This document shows positions 1 through 10,509 of a stretch of 64,000 nt of DNA, piece by piece. This DNA is from an uncultured Pelagibacteraceae bacterium (lineage in GTDB: Bacteria > Pseudomonadota > Alphaproteobacteria > Pelagibacterales > Pelagibacteraceae). Under the pieces are notes generated by a model. That model saw nothing but the letters and a program-made list of their open reading frames with translations, was not told the origin of the DNA and searched no databases. Each line of letters opens with the position of its first letter. Positions within the stretch are counted from its first letter, which is position 1. Both the position numbers and the translations under genes were made by a program. Location: positions 4,085-68,084 of the forward strand of contig CACNWU010000001.1 in the NCBI GenBank assembly GCA_902624185.1. The letters run 5' to 3'.

Positions 1-1
1 C

Positions 2-1915
2 GAACCATGGGCTAAAACGACGACTTTATATTATGCACAAACATTGTCATCTTTAGCAAAACATTATAATTTTTCTCTTGATGAAAAATGGTCTAAACTT
101 TCAAAAAAAATCAAAGATGTAATACTTTATGGCTCAGATGATGAAGAAATAAAATTTACATATGATGATGGATATGAAAAATATTCTCATAAAAAAACTT
201 TTGAGGGTGTTATTAATAATCTTGAGCGTAGATATCTCGAAACTGACAGCGACTGGAAAAGAGAGGAAATAGCTCAATATCAATCAGATACAAAATGTGA
301 AAGATGTAAAGGACATAGATTAAAAGATGAAGCTTTATGTGTTAAGATTGATAATTTACATATTAGCGAAGTAACAGAAAAATCTATATCAGATGCAGCA
401 ATTTGGTTTGATAATTTAAAAAATAATTTAGATAAAAGACAAGTAAAAATTGCAGAACATATTTTAAAAGAAATTAATGAACGTTTAAACTTTTTGTTAA
501 ATGTTGGTCTTGATTATCTGACATTATCAAGAGAATCTGGAACTTTATCTGGAGGTGAAGCTCAGAGAATACGATTAGCTTCACAAATAGGATCCGGGTT
601 AACCGGAGTACTTTATGTTCTTGATGAACCCTCTATAGGACTCCATCAAAAAGATAATGTTAAACTTATAAATGCTTTAAAAAGGTTAAGAGACCTAGGG
701 AATACTGTAATTGTAGTTGAACACGATACAGAAACAATGGAGAATGCAGACCATATCATTGATCTTGGACCTCAAGCAGGAAATAACGGTGGAGAAGTTG
801 TGGCTCAAGGAAGTTTCAAAGAAATTAGTCAAAACAAAAATAGTATCACTGGAAAATATCTTTCTAATAAATTCAAAATAAATGTACCTGTTAAAAGAAG
901 ATTAGCAAAAAATGGAAGATTCCTGGAAATTACAGGAGCAAGTGGAAATAACCTGGACAATGTCAACTTAAAGATACCTTTAGGAAGTTTAACTTGTGTT
1001 ACTGGAGTATCAGGAAGTGGAAAGTCAACTTTGGTATTACAAACATTATATAACGCGTTAAACCTAACGCTTAATAATAATAAATCTAGAAAGATTCCAA
1101 AACCATTTAAAGGATTTAAAGGTACTGAGTTAATTGATAAAATAATTGATATTGATCAATCACCAATTGGGAGAACTCCAAGATCAAATCCTGCCACTTA
1201 TACAGGTGCCTTTGGTCCAATAAGAGATTGGTTTACTGGACTACCAGAATCTAAAACTCGTGGTTATAAACCTGGAAGATTTTCATTTAATGTTAAAGGA
1301 GGTAGGTGTGAGGCTTGTGAAGGAGATGGTGTGATAACTTATGAAATGCATTTTCTTCCAGATGTTTATATTCAATGTGATGAATGTAAAGGAACACGCT
1401 ATAATCGCGAAACATTAGAAATAAAATTTAAAGACAAAAGCATTGCCGATGTTTTAAATATGACTGTTGATGAAGGATGTGAATACTTTGAAAATATTTC
1501 TAACATTAAAACTAAATTATTAACTTTGAAAAAAGTAGGTTTAGGATATATAAAAATTGGTCAACAAGCTACAACACTTTCTGGTGGCGAGGCCCAAAGA
1601 ATCAAGTTAGCTAAAGAGCTATCTAAAAGATCAACAGGTCGGACAATGTATATTTTAGACGAACCAACTACTGGATTACACCAACATGATATAAAAAAAC
1701 TATTAGAAATACTTCATACTTTTGTGTCTTTAGGTAATACTGTCGTAGTTATAGAACATAATTTAGATGTAATAAAAACTGCTGATTATATTGTAGATAT
1801 GGGCCCTGAAGGTGGCGTCAAAGGAGGCAAAATTATCGCTGAGGGAAAACCAGAGGAAATTTGTAAGATTAGTCAAAGTTATACAGGAAAATTTTTAAAA
1901 ACGCTTTTAAACTAA
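2..1915 (+). CDS. uvrA: Excinuclease ABC subunit A (5'-partial, runs off window start)
   Basis: Two ABC signatures LSGGEAQRI, Walker [10 protein letters not shown], zinc finger [25 protein letters not shown]; frame open from position 2. Confidence 0.99.
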   Translation, partial: EPWAKTTTLYYAQTLSSLAKHYNFSLDEKWSKLSKKIKDVILYGSDDEEIKFTYDDGYEKYSHKKTFEGVINNLERRYLETDSDWKREEIAQYQSDTKCERCKGHRLKDEALCVKIDNLHISEVTEKSISDAAIWFDNLKNNLDKRQVKIAEHILKEINERLNFLLNVGLDYLTLSRESGTLSGGEAQRIRLASQIGSGLTGVLYVLDEPSIGLHQKDNVKLINALKRLRDLGNTVIVVEHDTETMENADHIIDLGPQAGNNGGEVVAQGSFKEISQNKNSITGKYLSNKFKINVPVKRRLAKNGRFLEITGASGNNLDNVNLKIPLGSLTCVTGVSGSGKSTLVLQTLYNALNLTLNNNKSRKIPKPFKGFKGTELIDKIIDIDQSPIGRTPRSNPATYTGAFGPIRDWFTGLPESKTRGYKPGRFSFNVKGGRCEACEGDGVITYEMHFLPDVYIQCDECKGTRYNRETLEIKFKDKSIADVLNMTVDEGCEYFENISNIKTKLLTLKKVGLGYIKIGQQATTLSGGEAQRIKLAKELSKRSTGRTMYILDEPTTGLHQHDIKKLLEILHTFVSLGNTVVVIEHNLDVIKTADYIVDMGPEGGVKGGKIIAEGKPEEICKISQSYTGKFLKTLLN

Positions 1916-1962
1916 TAAAAATATATTTTTATATTTTCTGAAAATTAGTATATAATTTGAAT

Positions 1963-2565
1963 ATGGGGAACATGCTTTCATCTTTGTCAAAAACAATTCA
2001 TGCTTCATTGGCCTTAGCAATTATTTTATTCCTAGGCTTATTTTATCAAAATGATGGTTTTGGCTTTGATAGAAATTTTTGGAGCTGGGTGGCTAGATAT
2101 ACCCATATTGTAGTTAGTATAATGTGGATAGGTTTACTTTGGTATTTTAACTTTGTTCAAATACCAAACATGTCAAGAATACCTGATGAACAAAAACCAG
2201 CCGTTGGTAAAGTTATAGCACCAGCAGCACTCTTTTATTTCAGATGGGCTGCAGCTTTTACAATTTTATCAGGACTAATCCTTGCAGGCCTTAACGGTTA
2301 CTTACACGATGCTATGACATTAAGTTTTAATTCAGGTGTACCAAAACATACAGCTATAGGTATTGGAATGTGGTTAGGGCTTATTATGGCCTTTAACGTT
2401 TGGTTTGTTATTTGGCCTAACCAAAAAAAAGCTTTGGGAATAGTTGAGTGTGATCCAGAAATTAAAGCGAAATCTGCAAGAACTGCGATGTTATTTTCTA
2501 GGACAAATACTTTATTATCTTTACCAATGCTTTTAACAATGGTTGCAGCACAAAATTTATATTAA
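1963..2565 (+). CDS. Membrane protein, urate-oxidase N-terminal (PuuD/DUF989-like) family, no cytochrome c domain
   Basis: Motifs MWIGLLWYFNFVQIP, FRWAA, NVWFVIWPNQK, SRTNT; ATG at 1963 preferred over TTG at 1957. Confidence 0.7.
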   Translation: MGNMLSSLSKTIHASLALAIILFLGLFYQNDGFGFDRNFWSWVARYTHIVVSIMWIGLLWYFNFVQIPNMSRIPDEQKPAVGKVIAPAALFYFRWAAAFTILSGLILAGLNGYLHDAMTLSFNSGVPKHTAIGIGMWLGLIMAFNVWFVIWPNQKKALGIVECDPEIKAKSARTAMLFSRTNTLLSLPMLLTMVAAQNLY

Positions 2566-3449
2566 TTTTTGTCAGATTCTTTCATTATAGTCTTTTGAGA
2601 AACATTCAATCTTACTAAAACAGTATTTGCTATATATATCGACGAATATGTTCCAAAAATTACACCAAAAATCATAGCAAGTGAAAAACCTTTAAGAACT
2701 TCACCACCAAATAGGTATATTGAAAATAAAGCAAGCAAAGTAGTGATGGATGTAATTAATGTTCTTGATAAAGTTTCATTTATTGAAATATTTGTGAGTT
2801 CAAATATTTTTATATCTGAATATTTTTTAAGATTTTCTCTAACTCTATCAAAAATGACTACAGTATCATTCATCGAGTAACCGACGATTGTCAATACAGC
2901 GGCTATTATTGATAAGTTAATTTCAAGGCCAAACAATGAAAATAAACCTAGTGTAACTATAACGTCATGAAACAACGCTAATATAGCACCTAGGCTAAAC
3001 TGCCACTCAAATCTAATCCAAATATATATTAGCATTAAAGCTAAGGCCACTGATATAGCAATAATACCAGACCTTAATAATTCAGTACTTACTTTTGGAC
3101 CTACATTTTCAACTCTTCTAAAATTAAAATTATTCCCAAATGATTTATCTAGATTTAATTTTATTTCTTCAATAACATTCTTATTATCATTTATCTCAAA
3201 TTTGATTAAAAAGTCAGTCTCATTGCCAAAGTTTTTTACAGATATGTCACCTAAATTCATTTGACTTAGATTGTCTCTTAAAGAAGAAATGGTAATATTT
3301 TCATCACCGGATCTAAGCTCAATGAGTGTTCCTCCTTTAAAATCAATTCCATAATTTAAACCCTTGAATATCAGAAAAAATAAAGAAATAATAACTAGTG
3401 AAATTGAAAGTATATTAAAAGTATTATAATATTTATTAAATGGTATCAT
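2562..3449 (-). CDS. secF: Protein translocase subunit SecF
   Basis: GIDFKGG, VGP, HDV, GYSMNDTVVIFDRVRE. Confidence 0.98.
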   Translation of the reverse strand: MIPFNKYYNTFNILSISLVIISLFFLIFKGLNYGIDFKGGTLIELRSGDENITISSLRDNLSQMNLGDISVKNFGNETDFLIKFEINDNKNVIEEIKLNLDKSFGNNFNFRRVENVGPKVSTELLRSGIIAISVALALMLIYIWIRFEWQFSLGAILALFHDVIVTLGLFSLFGLEINLSIIAAVLTIVGYSMNDTVVIFDRVRENLKKYSDIKIFELTNISINETLSRTLITSITTLLALFSIYLFGGEVLKGFSLAMIFGVIFGTYSSIYIANTVLVRLNVSQKTIMKESDKN

Positions 3450-5002
3450 TATATAATCACATCTCTCTCTTTATTTTTGGAAACATAAATAACCGTTAAT
3501 AATCTTGCTATAAAGTAAACTGAGAAAAGAGTTGTAAAAATTCCTATACCTAATGTTAAAGAAAAACCTTTAATGGGGCCAGATCCCATAAAAAATAATA
3601 TTACCGCAGCTAACAAAGTTGTAATATTGGCGTCAAGAATAGCTGTTCTAGATTTAATATATCCAGCATCGAATGCTATGAGATTATTTTTCTCATTTTT
3701 GAGTTCTTCCCTAATTCTCTCAAAAATAAGAACATTTGCATCGACCGCCATACCTACTGTTAAGATTATTCCAGCTATTCCAGGTAAAGTAAGAGTGGCT
3801 TCGAAAATAGTTAAAATCCCAATTAAAAGAAATAAATTTATAATTAGAGTAATATTTGTAATCAATCCAAAGATTTTATATTTAATTAAGATAAATAATA
3901 TAACAAGAATAAAACCTATAACTAATGCAATTATTCCAGCTTTAATTGAGTCTTTTCCTAAATCTGGTCCAACTGTTCTTTCTTCGATAATATTTAGAGG
4001 AGCGGGCAATGCACCAGATCTTAGTAATAAAGCAAGGTCAGTAGCGGATTGAAAAGTAAATCCTCCACTAATTTGACCAGAACCACTAGCTATAGTATCT
4101 CGTATAACTGGAGCACTTATAATTTTTCCATCTAGAACAATCGCTAACTGTTTTCCAATACCTGTTGAGGTAGCTTTACCAAATCTTTTAGCACCAACCC
4201 TATCAAGCGTAAAAGAAACTACAGTTTCGTTTGTTTCATTATTCATTCTTGGTTGAGCATCTAAAAGATTATCACCACTTAGTATTATTCTTTTACTTAC
4301 AATAGCTTCATCCATGCTTTCCTCATATCTTAATTTCTCAGCACCAAAAGAATCCTCGTTATTGTTAGTAACAAACCTAAATGTTAAATTGGCAGTTTTA
4401 CCAAGTAATGATTTAATTCTCATAGGATCATCTAAACCTGGTAACTCAACTAAAATTCTATCGTTTCCTCTTTTTAAAATATTTGGCTCATTAGTTCCAA
4501 TTTCATCAATTCTTCTTCTAACTATTTCTAAAGCTTGATCCTGGGAGGAAGTTTTAAGTTCAACAATTCCTTGTTTGGAATATTCAACAAGAAAAATGTT
4601 ATTTTTTTCAATTATATTTAATTGATGAGATTTAAATCTTGGATAATAAGGATTAATATCACTTTCTTCATCATTAAAAGTTTCTATTATAGTTTGTTTA
4701 AAATCTTCTGCTACAGAAAATGAAAGTATTTGATTTTCAATTTTTATATTATTTATTCTGATATTTTTTTCTTTAAAATAATTTCTTATTGTAATTGTTA
4801 AATTTTGAAGTTTTTGTTCTATTACAGGTGTATTGTCAATTTCTAACAATAAATATGATCCACCCTGTAAATCTAGACCAAGATTAATTTTTTTATTTAT
4901 TAAGCTATTACTTAATTTTGAAAAATTTGAGGAAGCTAGTAAAATAAAAAATAATGATAATAATGTAATAATAATTATTCTTAATTTTGAAAAGTATAGC
5001 AC
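3449..5002 (-). CDS. secD: Protein translocase subunit SecD
   Basis: LGLDLQGG, LLRSGALPAP, GMAVDANVLIFERIREE; GTG start. Confidence 0.98.
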   Translation of the reverse strand: MLYFSKLRIIIITLLSLFFILLASSNFSKLSNSLINKKINLGLDLQGGSYLLLEIDNTPVIEQKLQNLTITIRNYFKEKNIRINNIKIENQILSFSVAEDFKQTIIETFNDEESDINPYYPRFKSHQLNIIEKNNIFLVEYSKQGIVELKTSSQDQALEIVRRRIDEIGTNEPNILKRGNDRILVELPGLDDPMRIKSLLGKTANLTFRFVTNNNEDSFGAEKLRYEESMDEAIVSKRIILSGDNLLDAQPRMNNETNETVVSFTLDRVGAKRFGKATSTGIGKQLAIVLDGKIISAPVIRDTIASGSGQISGGFTFQSATDLALLLRSGALPAPLNIIEERTVGPDLGKDSIKAGIIALVIGFILVILFILIKYKIFGLITNITLIINLFLLIGILTIFEATLTLPGIAGIILTVGMAVDANVLIFERIREELKNEKNNLIAFDAGYIKSRTAILDANITTLLAAVILFFMGSGPIKGFSLTLGIGIFTTLFSVYFIARLLTVIYVSKNKERDVII

Positions 5003-5018
5003 TTTATAAAAATGAAAA

Positions 5019-5306
5019 TTATTTTTTAATTTCTGGGGAATTTATTAAACTTTGAATGCCTGTACCTCTAATCACTTCCACAGTAACATTGTCAGCTATT
5101 TCTACTTCTACCTTGTCATTATCAACAACTCTAGAAATAGTTCCTGTAATTCCACCCGAGGTTACTACTTTGTCCCCCTTTTTTAAACTCTCAACCATAG
5201 CTTTATGTTCTTTAACTTTTTTTTGCTGTGGTCTTATTAAGAAAAAATAAAAGATAACAAAAATTAATATTAACGGTATAAATTGTCCTATTCCTGAACT
5301 TTCCAT
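5019..5306 (-). CDS. yajC: Preprotein translocase subunit YajC
   Basis: FYFFLIRPQQKK, GDKVVTSGG; upstream of secD. Confidence 0.98.
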   Translation of the reverse strand: MESSGIGQFIPLILIFVIFYFFLIRPQQKKVKEHKAMVESLKKGDKVVTSGGITGTISRVVDNDKVEVEIADNVTVEVIRGTGIQSLINSPEIKK

Positions 5307-5360
5307 AAAACTCCTTGCTTAAAAATGAATATTTATACCATCTATTCAATTAAAACAACT

Positions 5361-6620
5361 TTAATTCAGCGAAATTTTTTCTAAATTATTCATATAGGGT
5401 CTAAGGACTTTTGGGATAGTAATTGAACCATCTTTTTGCTGATAATTTTCTAAAATAGCAATAAGTGTTCGACCTATTGCTAAACCACTACCATTTAAAG
5501 TGCCCACATATGATATTTCTTTTTTTTGATCCTTATACCTAGCTTTCATTCTCGTGGCTTGAAAAGTAGAACATGAAGAGCAAGAAGAAATTTCTCTATA
5601 TTTATTTTCAGAAGGTAACCATACTTCTATATCATAAGTTTTTTCAGCACTAAAACCCATATCCCCACTACACAAAATTACTTTTCTATAGGGTAGTTTC
5701 AAAAGATCTAAAATATTTGTTGCACAATTCGTCATTCGTTCTAATTCTTCGAGGCATTTATCTTGTTCTACTATACTTACCATTTCAACTTTATAAAATT
5801 GATGTTGTCTAATCATGCCCTTTGTGTCTTTCCCATAACTACCAGCTTCTTTTCTAAAACATGGAGTTGAAGCAACAAATCTCAAAGGTAAAACTTTTGC
5901 TTCAATAATTTTATCTTTTACTATGTTAGTTAAAATTACTTCTGCCGTTGGTATCAAAAATTTTCTTTCAGTCCCCTCTTCAAGTTTTACCTCGAATTGA
6001 TCATTTTCAAATTTTGGGAGTTGACCAGTGCCAAACATTGAGTCTGCAGAAGCTAATAAAGGTGGTGAAATTTCTTCGTAACCATTTTTTGATACATGAA
6101 TATCTAACATAAAATTTGAAATAGCTCTTTCAAGTAATGCTAATTTATTTTTAACAAAAACAAATCTTGATCCAGTGGTTTTTGACGCTAATTCAAAATC
6201 AAGCATTCCCAAATTTTCTCCTAATTCATAATGAGACTTTGGTCTAAAATCAAAATCAGGTATCTCGCCAAATTTCTCAATCTCTAAATTATCATTTTCA
6301 TCTTTTCCAAAAGGCACATCTTCGTGAGGAACGTTTGGTATATTTGATAAAATTTTTTCTAAATCGTTTTTGATTGATTTTTGTTTTTCTACAATTTTTT
6401 CCAAGGAAGAAGAAATTTCTTTTGATTTTGAAAATAACGACTTATCTTTTGATTTCGAAATTTCTTTTTTTTCTTTTTCAAAATTTTCTTTTTTTTGTAT
6501 TAATTCTCTATTTTCTATATCTAATTTCTTAATCTTACTTAAATCTATATCTAATGATCTTTTTTCAAGAGCTTTTTTAAAAGCTTCAAAATCTTTTCGG
6601 ATTAATTTCAAGTTATGCAT
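5361..6620 (-). CDS. serS: Seryl-tRNA synthetase
   Basis: [42 protein letters not shown]. Confidence 0.99.
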   Translation of the reverse strand: MHNLKLIRKDFEAFKKALEKRSLDIDLSKIKKLDIENRELIQKKENFEKEKKEISKSKDKSLFSKSKEISSSLEKIVEKQKSIKNDLEKILSNIPNVPHEDVPFGKDENDNLEIEKFGEIPDFDFRPKSHYELGENLGMLDFELASKTTGSRFVFVKNKLALLERAISNFMLDIHVSKNGYEEISPPLLASADSMFGTGQLPKFENDQFEVKLEEGTERKFLIPTAEVILTNIVKDKIIEAKVLPLRFVASTPCFRKEAGSYGKDTKGMIRQHQFYKVEMVSIVEQDKCLEELERMTNCATNILDLLKLPYRKVILCSGDMGFSAEKTYDIEVWLPSENKYREISSCSSCSTFQATRMKARYKDQKKEISYVGTLNGSGLAIGRTLIAILENYQQKDGSITIPKVLRPYMNNLEKISLN

Positions 6621-7383
6621 CTGAATTTTTTAAATTTTTATTTTCTATAATTTTTACAGAAAATATTGATAATTCATATAAAATTAATAATGGTATAGCT
6701 AACCCAATTTGAGTAATAGGATCAGGCGGAGTTAATAATGCAGCTGCAGCAAATATTATCACTACTACATATTTTCTTCTTTCTTTCAAAAATTTAGAAT
6801 CAACAATACCAATTCTAGCTAATAAACTTAGAACAACAGGTAATTGAAAACTAATTCCAAATGCAAAAATAAGTTTCATAACTAGAGAAAGATATTCATT
6901 TACTTTAGCCTCAAGCTGAATAGGTAAACTCGTTGACATTCCAGTACTTTCAAATGATAAAAAAAACTTTATAGCTAAAGGCATTATCAAATAATAAACT
7001 AACATTCCTCCAAGAAAGAATAATACTGGTGTCAAAATTAGATAAGGTAAAATTGCAATTTTTTCATGTTTATAAAGACCAGGAGCAATAAATTTCCATA
7101 TTTGCATTAAAATAAATGGGCATGTAACAAAAAAAGCAGTGAAAAAAGAAACTTTTAAATATGTTAAGAAGGTTTCTTGTAGTGCGGTAAAAATTAATCT
7201 TCTATCAGATCCGTCATTTTTCACAGCCTTGGCAAATGGTTCAACTAAAAAACTATATAAATGCTCAGCAAAAAAATAACAGGCAATAAAAAAAATTATT
7301 AAAAAGATAAAACTATGTATTAGTCTTTTTCTCAACTCGGTTAAATGACTTATGAAGCCACCTTCATTTTCATCATGACTCAT
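6613..7383 (-). CDS. tatC: Twin-arginine translocase TatC
   Basis: [22 protein letters not shown]. Confidence 0.98.
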   Translation of the reverse strand: MSHDENEGGFISHLTELRKRLIHSFIFLIIFFIACYFFAEHLYSFLVEPFAKAVKNDGSDRRLIFTALQETFLTYLKVSFFTAFFVTCPFILMQIWKFIAPGLYKHEKIAILPYLILTPVLFFLGGMLVYYLIMPLAIKFFLSFESTGMSTSLPIQLEAKVNEYLSLVMKLIFAFGISFQLPVVLSLLARIGIVDSKFLKERRKYVVVIIFAAAALLTPPDPITQIGLAIPLLILYELSIFSVKIIENKNLKNSDA

Positions 7384-7585
7384 CTTTTTTTTCTTCTTTT
7401 TTTTCTATATGATTATCTTCAATATCGATATTTGAAACTTCATTTTGAATATTGTTAATATGTTTTTTGGCAGTTCCAATCCACGAACCAACTTTTTTTA
7501 ACATTACGGGAAAATCTTTAGGTCCGAGAACTATAATTGCTAACGAAACTACAATTAGTATCTCAAACCAACCAATAGTAGGCAT
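7373..7585 (-). CDS. tatB: Twin-arginine translocase TatB (short)
   Basis: IGWFEILIV...VLGPKDFP; between tatA and tatC. Confidence 0.93.
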   Translation of the reverse strand: MPTIGWFEILIVVSLAIIVLGPKDFPVMLKKVGSWIGTAKKHINNIQNEVSNIDIEDNHIEKKEEKKDES

Positions 7586-7590
7586 TTTAC

Positions 7591-7791
7591 TTATTCTTTA
7601 TTATTTGGATCTTGTTTTTCTTCAGAAATGTTTTTTGGATCATTATCATCAGTTACATCTGAAGCCATTCCCTTTTTAAAACTTTTTATTCCTTTGGCTA
7701 CGTCTCCCATTAAACTCGATATTTTACCTCTACCAAAAAGTAAAACTACAAGTATTACAACTATTGCTATTTGCCAAATTCCAATGCTCAT
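7591..7791 (-). CDS. tatA: Twin-arginine translocase TatA
   Basis: [28 protein letters not shown]. Confidence 0.97.
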   Translation of the reverse strand: MSIGIWQIAIVVILVVLLFGRGKISSLMGDVAKGIKSFKKGMASDVTDDNDPKNISEEKQDPNNKE

Positions 7792-7857
7792 ATAAATCTT
7801 ATATCCTTTTTATTAATACTTGAAAAGTATCTTTTTTTTGATTGATTTTAAAACAAT

Positions 7858-8559
7858 CTATTTATTATCTTCAGAGTCAAGAGTGCTACTTAACATTTCA
7901 TCAATATTTGAGTAAATGTCCTCTTTTTTATCATCTTGTTTTTCTCTGTAAAATTTTCCTGTTCCAAAAATTGCATTATCAATATTAGTACTATCGATTA
8001 ATCCTGCTGCTCCAAGTTCATCTACTGTAGGTAAATCAGATAATTTTTGAAGATTAAAGTGACTTAAAAAATCATCAGTAGTTACATATTGAATTGGCTT
8101 ACCAGGAACATTTTTTCTACCTCCAGGTTTAACCCAATTTAATTCCATTAATATTTCAAGAGTATTAGTTCCAAATGCAACACCTCTAATTTCTTCAATT
8201 TCAGCTCTTGTAACTGGTTGATGATAAACAATTATTGCAAGTGTTTCTATAGCAGCTCTTGATAATTTTTTCTCAACAGTTTTTTCTTGTTTCATCAAAT
8301 TTGATAAATTCGGTGACGTTCTAAAGGACCATTTTTTGGATATACATACTAAATTGATACCACGATCTGAATATTCAGATTGTAATTTTATAAGTATCTT
8401 TTCTACATCTGCTTTTTTTGAAATTTTATTTTCAATGGTTTCAATATTGAGAGGTTCTGCTGCAGCAAAAACTATCGCCTCAATTTCTTTTTCTAAAGAG
8501 GATAACTTAGATGGAAAATCTATAACATTATTTTTCTTTTTAATTTTTTTTTTTATCAT
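7858..8559 (-). CDS. scpB: SMC-Scp complex subunit ScpB
   Basis: LSRAAIETLAIIVYHQPVTRAEIEEIRGV. Confidence 0.97.
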   Translation of the reverse strand: MIKKKIKKKNNVIDFPSKLSSLEKEIEAIVFAAAEPLNIETIENKISKKADVEKILIKLQSEYSDRGINLVCISKKWSFRTSPNLSNLMKQEKTVEKKLSRAAIETLAIIVYHQPVTRAEIEEIRGVAFGTNTLEILMELNWVKPGGRKNVPGKPIQYVTTDDFLSHFNLQKLSDLPTVDELGAAGLIDSTNIDNAIFGTGKFYREKQDDKKEDIYSNIDEMLSSTLDSEDNK

Positions 8560-9296
8560 TTATTTTCTTTTATATAAATATCCTCAAAAAGGTCTTTTTG
8601 TTTAATTTTTAAATTTCCTTCTTTTACTAGTTCTAATGAACCAGCAAATATACCAGCTTTGCCTGTTCTTTTAAATTTTGATCCATTTTTAAAATTTTTT
8701 GGAATTAAATCATCTAATTTTTTCCAATCTATCAATTTACCAAAAAAATCTTTGATAGTTTTAATTCCTTCCTCTGCAGTAAAAACGGGTAATCTAGGTA
8801 TGTTAATTTTTTGAAAATCTTTTGTCGAAAGTATTGTTGAATAAACTTTTAATAATTCAAATAAATTTACTTTATATTCACTGTTATAAATTGAATTAAT
8901 TCCTGTTCTGCTTCCCCTTGTACGAATTTCTCTTCCTAATCTTTTTCTTTTCAACATTTGTTCGGATAACAATCTAATCAATTCTAGTTTTTTTAATTGT
9001 AATTTCAATTTTTCTGCTACCTCATTGACCTTAAACTCCTCCTCGGGAGTTCCTGGTAATAGTAATTTAGATTTTAAATAAGCTAACCATGTTGCCATTA
9101 ACAAATATTCAGAAGCTATTTCTAAATTTAAATTTTTTTCATTAGTAATAAAATCATGAAATTGGTCGGCTAATTTAGTAATTGATATATTTTCTAAGTT
9201 AACTTTTTGAGCCTTAGCTAAATCCAATAATACATCTAACGGTCCATTATAATTTTGAACATTTACTTTAAATAATCTAGAATCTTTTTCTTCCAT
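8556..9296 (-). CDS. scpA: Segregation and condensation protein A
   Basis: GPLDVLLDL, EYLLMATWLAYLKSKLLLP, LELVKEG. Confidence 0.96.
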   Translation of the reverse strand: MEEKDSRLFKVNVQNYNGPLDVLLDLAKAQKVNLENISITKLADQFHDFITNEKNLNLEIASEYLLMATWLAYLKSKLLLPGTPEEEFKVNEVAEKLKLQLKKLELIRLLSEQMLKRKRLGREIRTRGSRTGINSIYNSEYKVNLFELLKVYSTILSTKDFQKINIPRLPVFTAEEGIKTIKDFFGKLIDWKKLDDLIPKNFKNGSKFKRTGKAGIFAGSLELVKEGNLKIKQKDLFEDIYIKENK

Positions 9297-9305
9297 AGAT
9301 AGATA

Positions 9306-10253
9306 TTAGCTTAAAATCTTGTAAAATTGTGATGTTTTTTTAACTATAAATTTACTTAACTGCGGGGAGTTTTTTCCTACAATCTCCATTTCTTTTAAAT
9401 TTGCGTTACAATGCAGTGCAATATTACAACCTGCATTAAACGTTTTTAAAGTTTTTTCTTTAATAGATCCTTTTAAACCCTTCATTGATAAATCATCCGA
9501 AATTAATATATTTTTAAAACCAATTTTATTTCTAATTATTTTAATCAATTTTTTTGAATGAGTAACGGTGTTTTTCTCATCAATATTTTTAAAAATTACA
9601 TGAGCAGTCATTGCAAAAAAAGTTTTTTTATTTTTAAATGGAAGAAAATCATTTTTTGTAAGATATTCTAATTTTTTATTTACTATGGGCGTGTAGTGAT
9701 GACTGTCAACTTTAGCTAGACCATGGCCTGGTATATGTTTTATCACTGTTCCAATTCTATTTTTATGAAAATAATCAATACAAAAATCACCTATATTAGA
9801 GACTATTTTAGGATTTTTTGAAAATGATCTGTTTCCAATTATATTTGAACTTCCTTTTACTCTTAAATCTAAGACTGGTGTTGTATTAATATTTACTCCT
9901 ATTAAGCTTAGAAAATAAGAAGTTTTATCTACAAATAATTTAAAAAATGATTTAAATTCCAAAAAATTATTAATATATTTTCTACCAAAAAATTCTGCTG
10001 TGAGGTTTTCAAAATTTATAATATCTTTTAATCTGTTTACCTTCCCTCCTTCTTGATCAATTAAAATTGGATATTTTGAATCTTTAAAAATTTTTCTAAT
10101 TGAAGAGGTCAACTTATAAGTTTGATTTATATTTTTGATATTTCTAGAAAAAAGTATCACACCCCAAGGTTTATATTTTTTCAAAAAATCTTTTTCTTTC
10201 GATAAAAGTTTTGTTGATTTGATACCTATGATAAATGCTCTCCTTCTATTCAT
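9306..10253 (-). CDS. nagZ: Beta-N-acetylhexosaminidase (GH3)
   Basis: IDQEGG, KHIPGHG..VDSH, MTAHV, SDDLSM. Confidence 0.96.
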   Translation of the reverse strand: MNRRRAFIIGIKSTKLLSKEKDFLKKYKPWGVILFSRNIKNINQTYKLTSSIRKIFKDSKYPILIDQEGGKVNRLKDIINFENLTAEFFGRKYINNFLEFKSFFKLFVDKTSYFLSLIGVNINTTPVLDLRVKGSSNIIGNRSFSKNPKIVSNIGDFCIDYFHKNRIGTVIKHIPGHGLAKVDSHHYTPIVNKKLEYLTKNDFLPFKNKKTFFAMTAHVIFKNIDEKNTVTHSKKLIKIIRNKIGFKNILISDDLSMKGLKGSIKEKTLKTFNAGCNIALHCNANLKEMEIVGKNSPQLSKFIVKKTSQFYKILS

Positions 10254-10509
10254 TAGAATCTAACAATTTCCAAAAATTAAATTTTTTCTTTTTTTTACTC
10301 TTTGACTGTTCAGCGTATTCTATAATATTCTTAGTATCATCCTCTAAAACTGTTAATTTATCTGTGTATATCTTAATCTTTTTATCAATGCTATTGAGAG
10401 ATCTATGCGAATTTTTTTTATTTTCGTCTGAAAAATAATGTCTAGCAGTAAAAAATAAGAATAAACAAATAATTAATATGAATATCAAATATTTAATTTC
10501 TTTAAACAT
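10246..10509 (-). CDS. Small single-TM hypothetical protein
   Basis: 87-aa ORF overlapping the argS stop and nagZ start; one N-terminal hydrophobic helix. Confidence 0.8.
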   Translation of the reverse strand: MFKEIKYLIFILIICLFLFFTARHYFSDENKKNSHRSLNSIDKKIKIYTDKLTVLEDDTKNIIEYAEQSKSKKKKKFNFWKLLDSNE

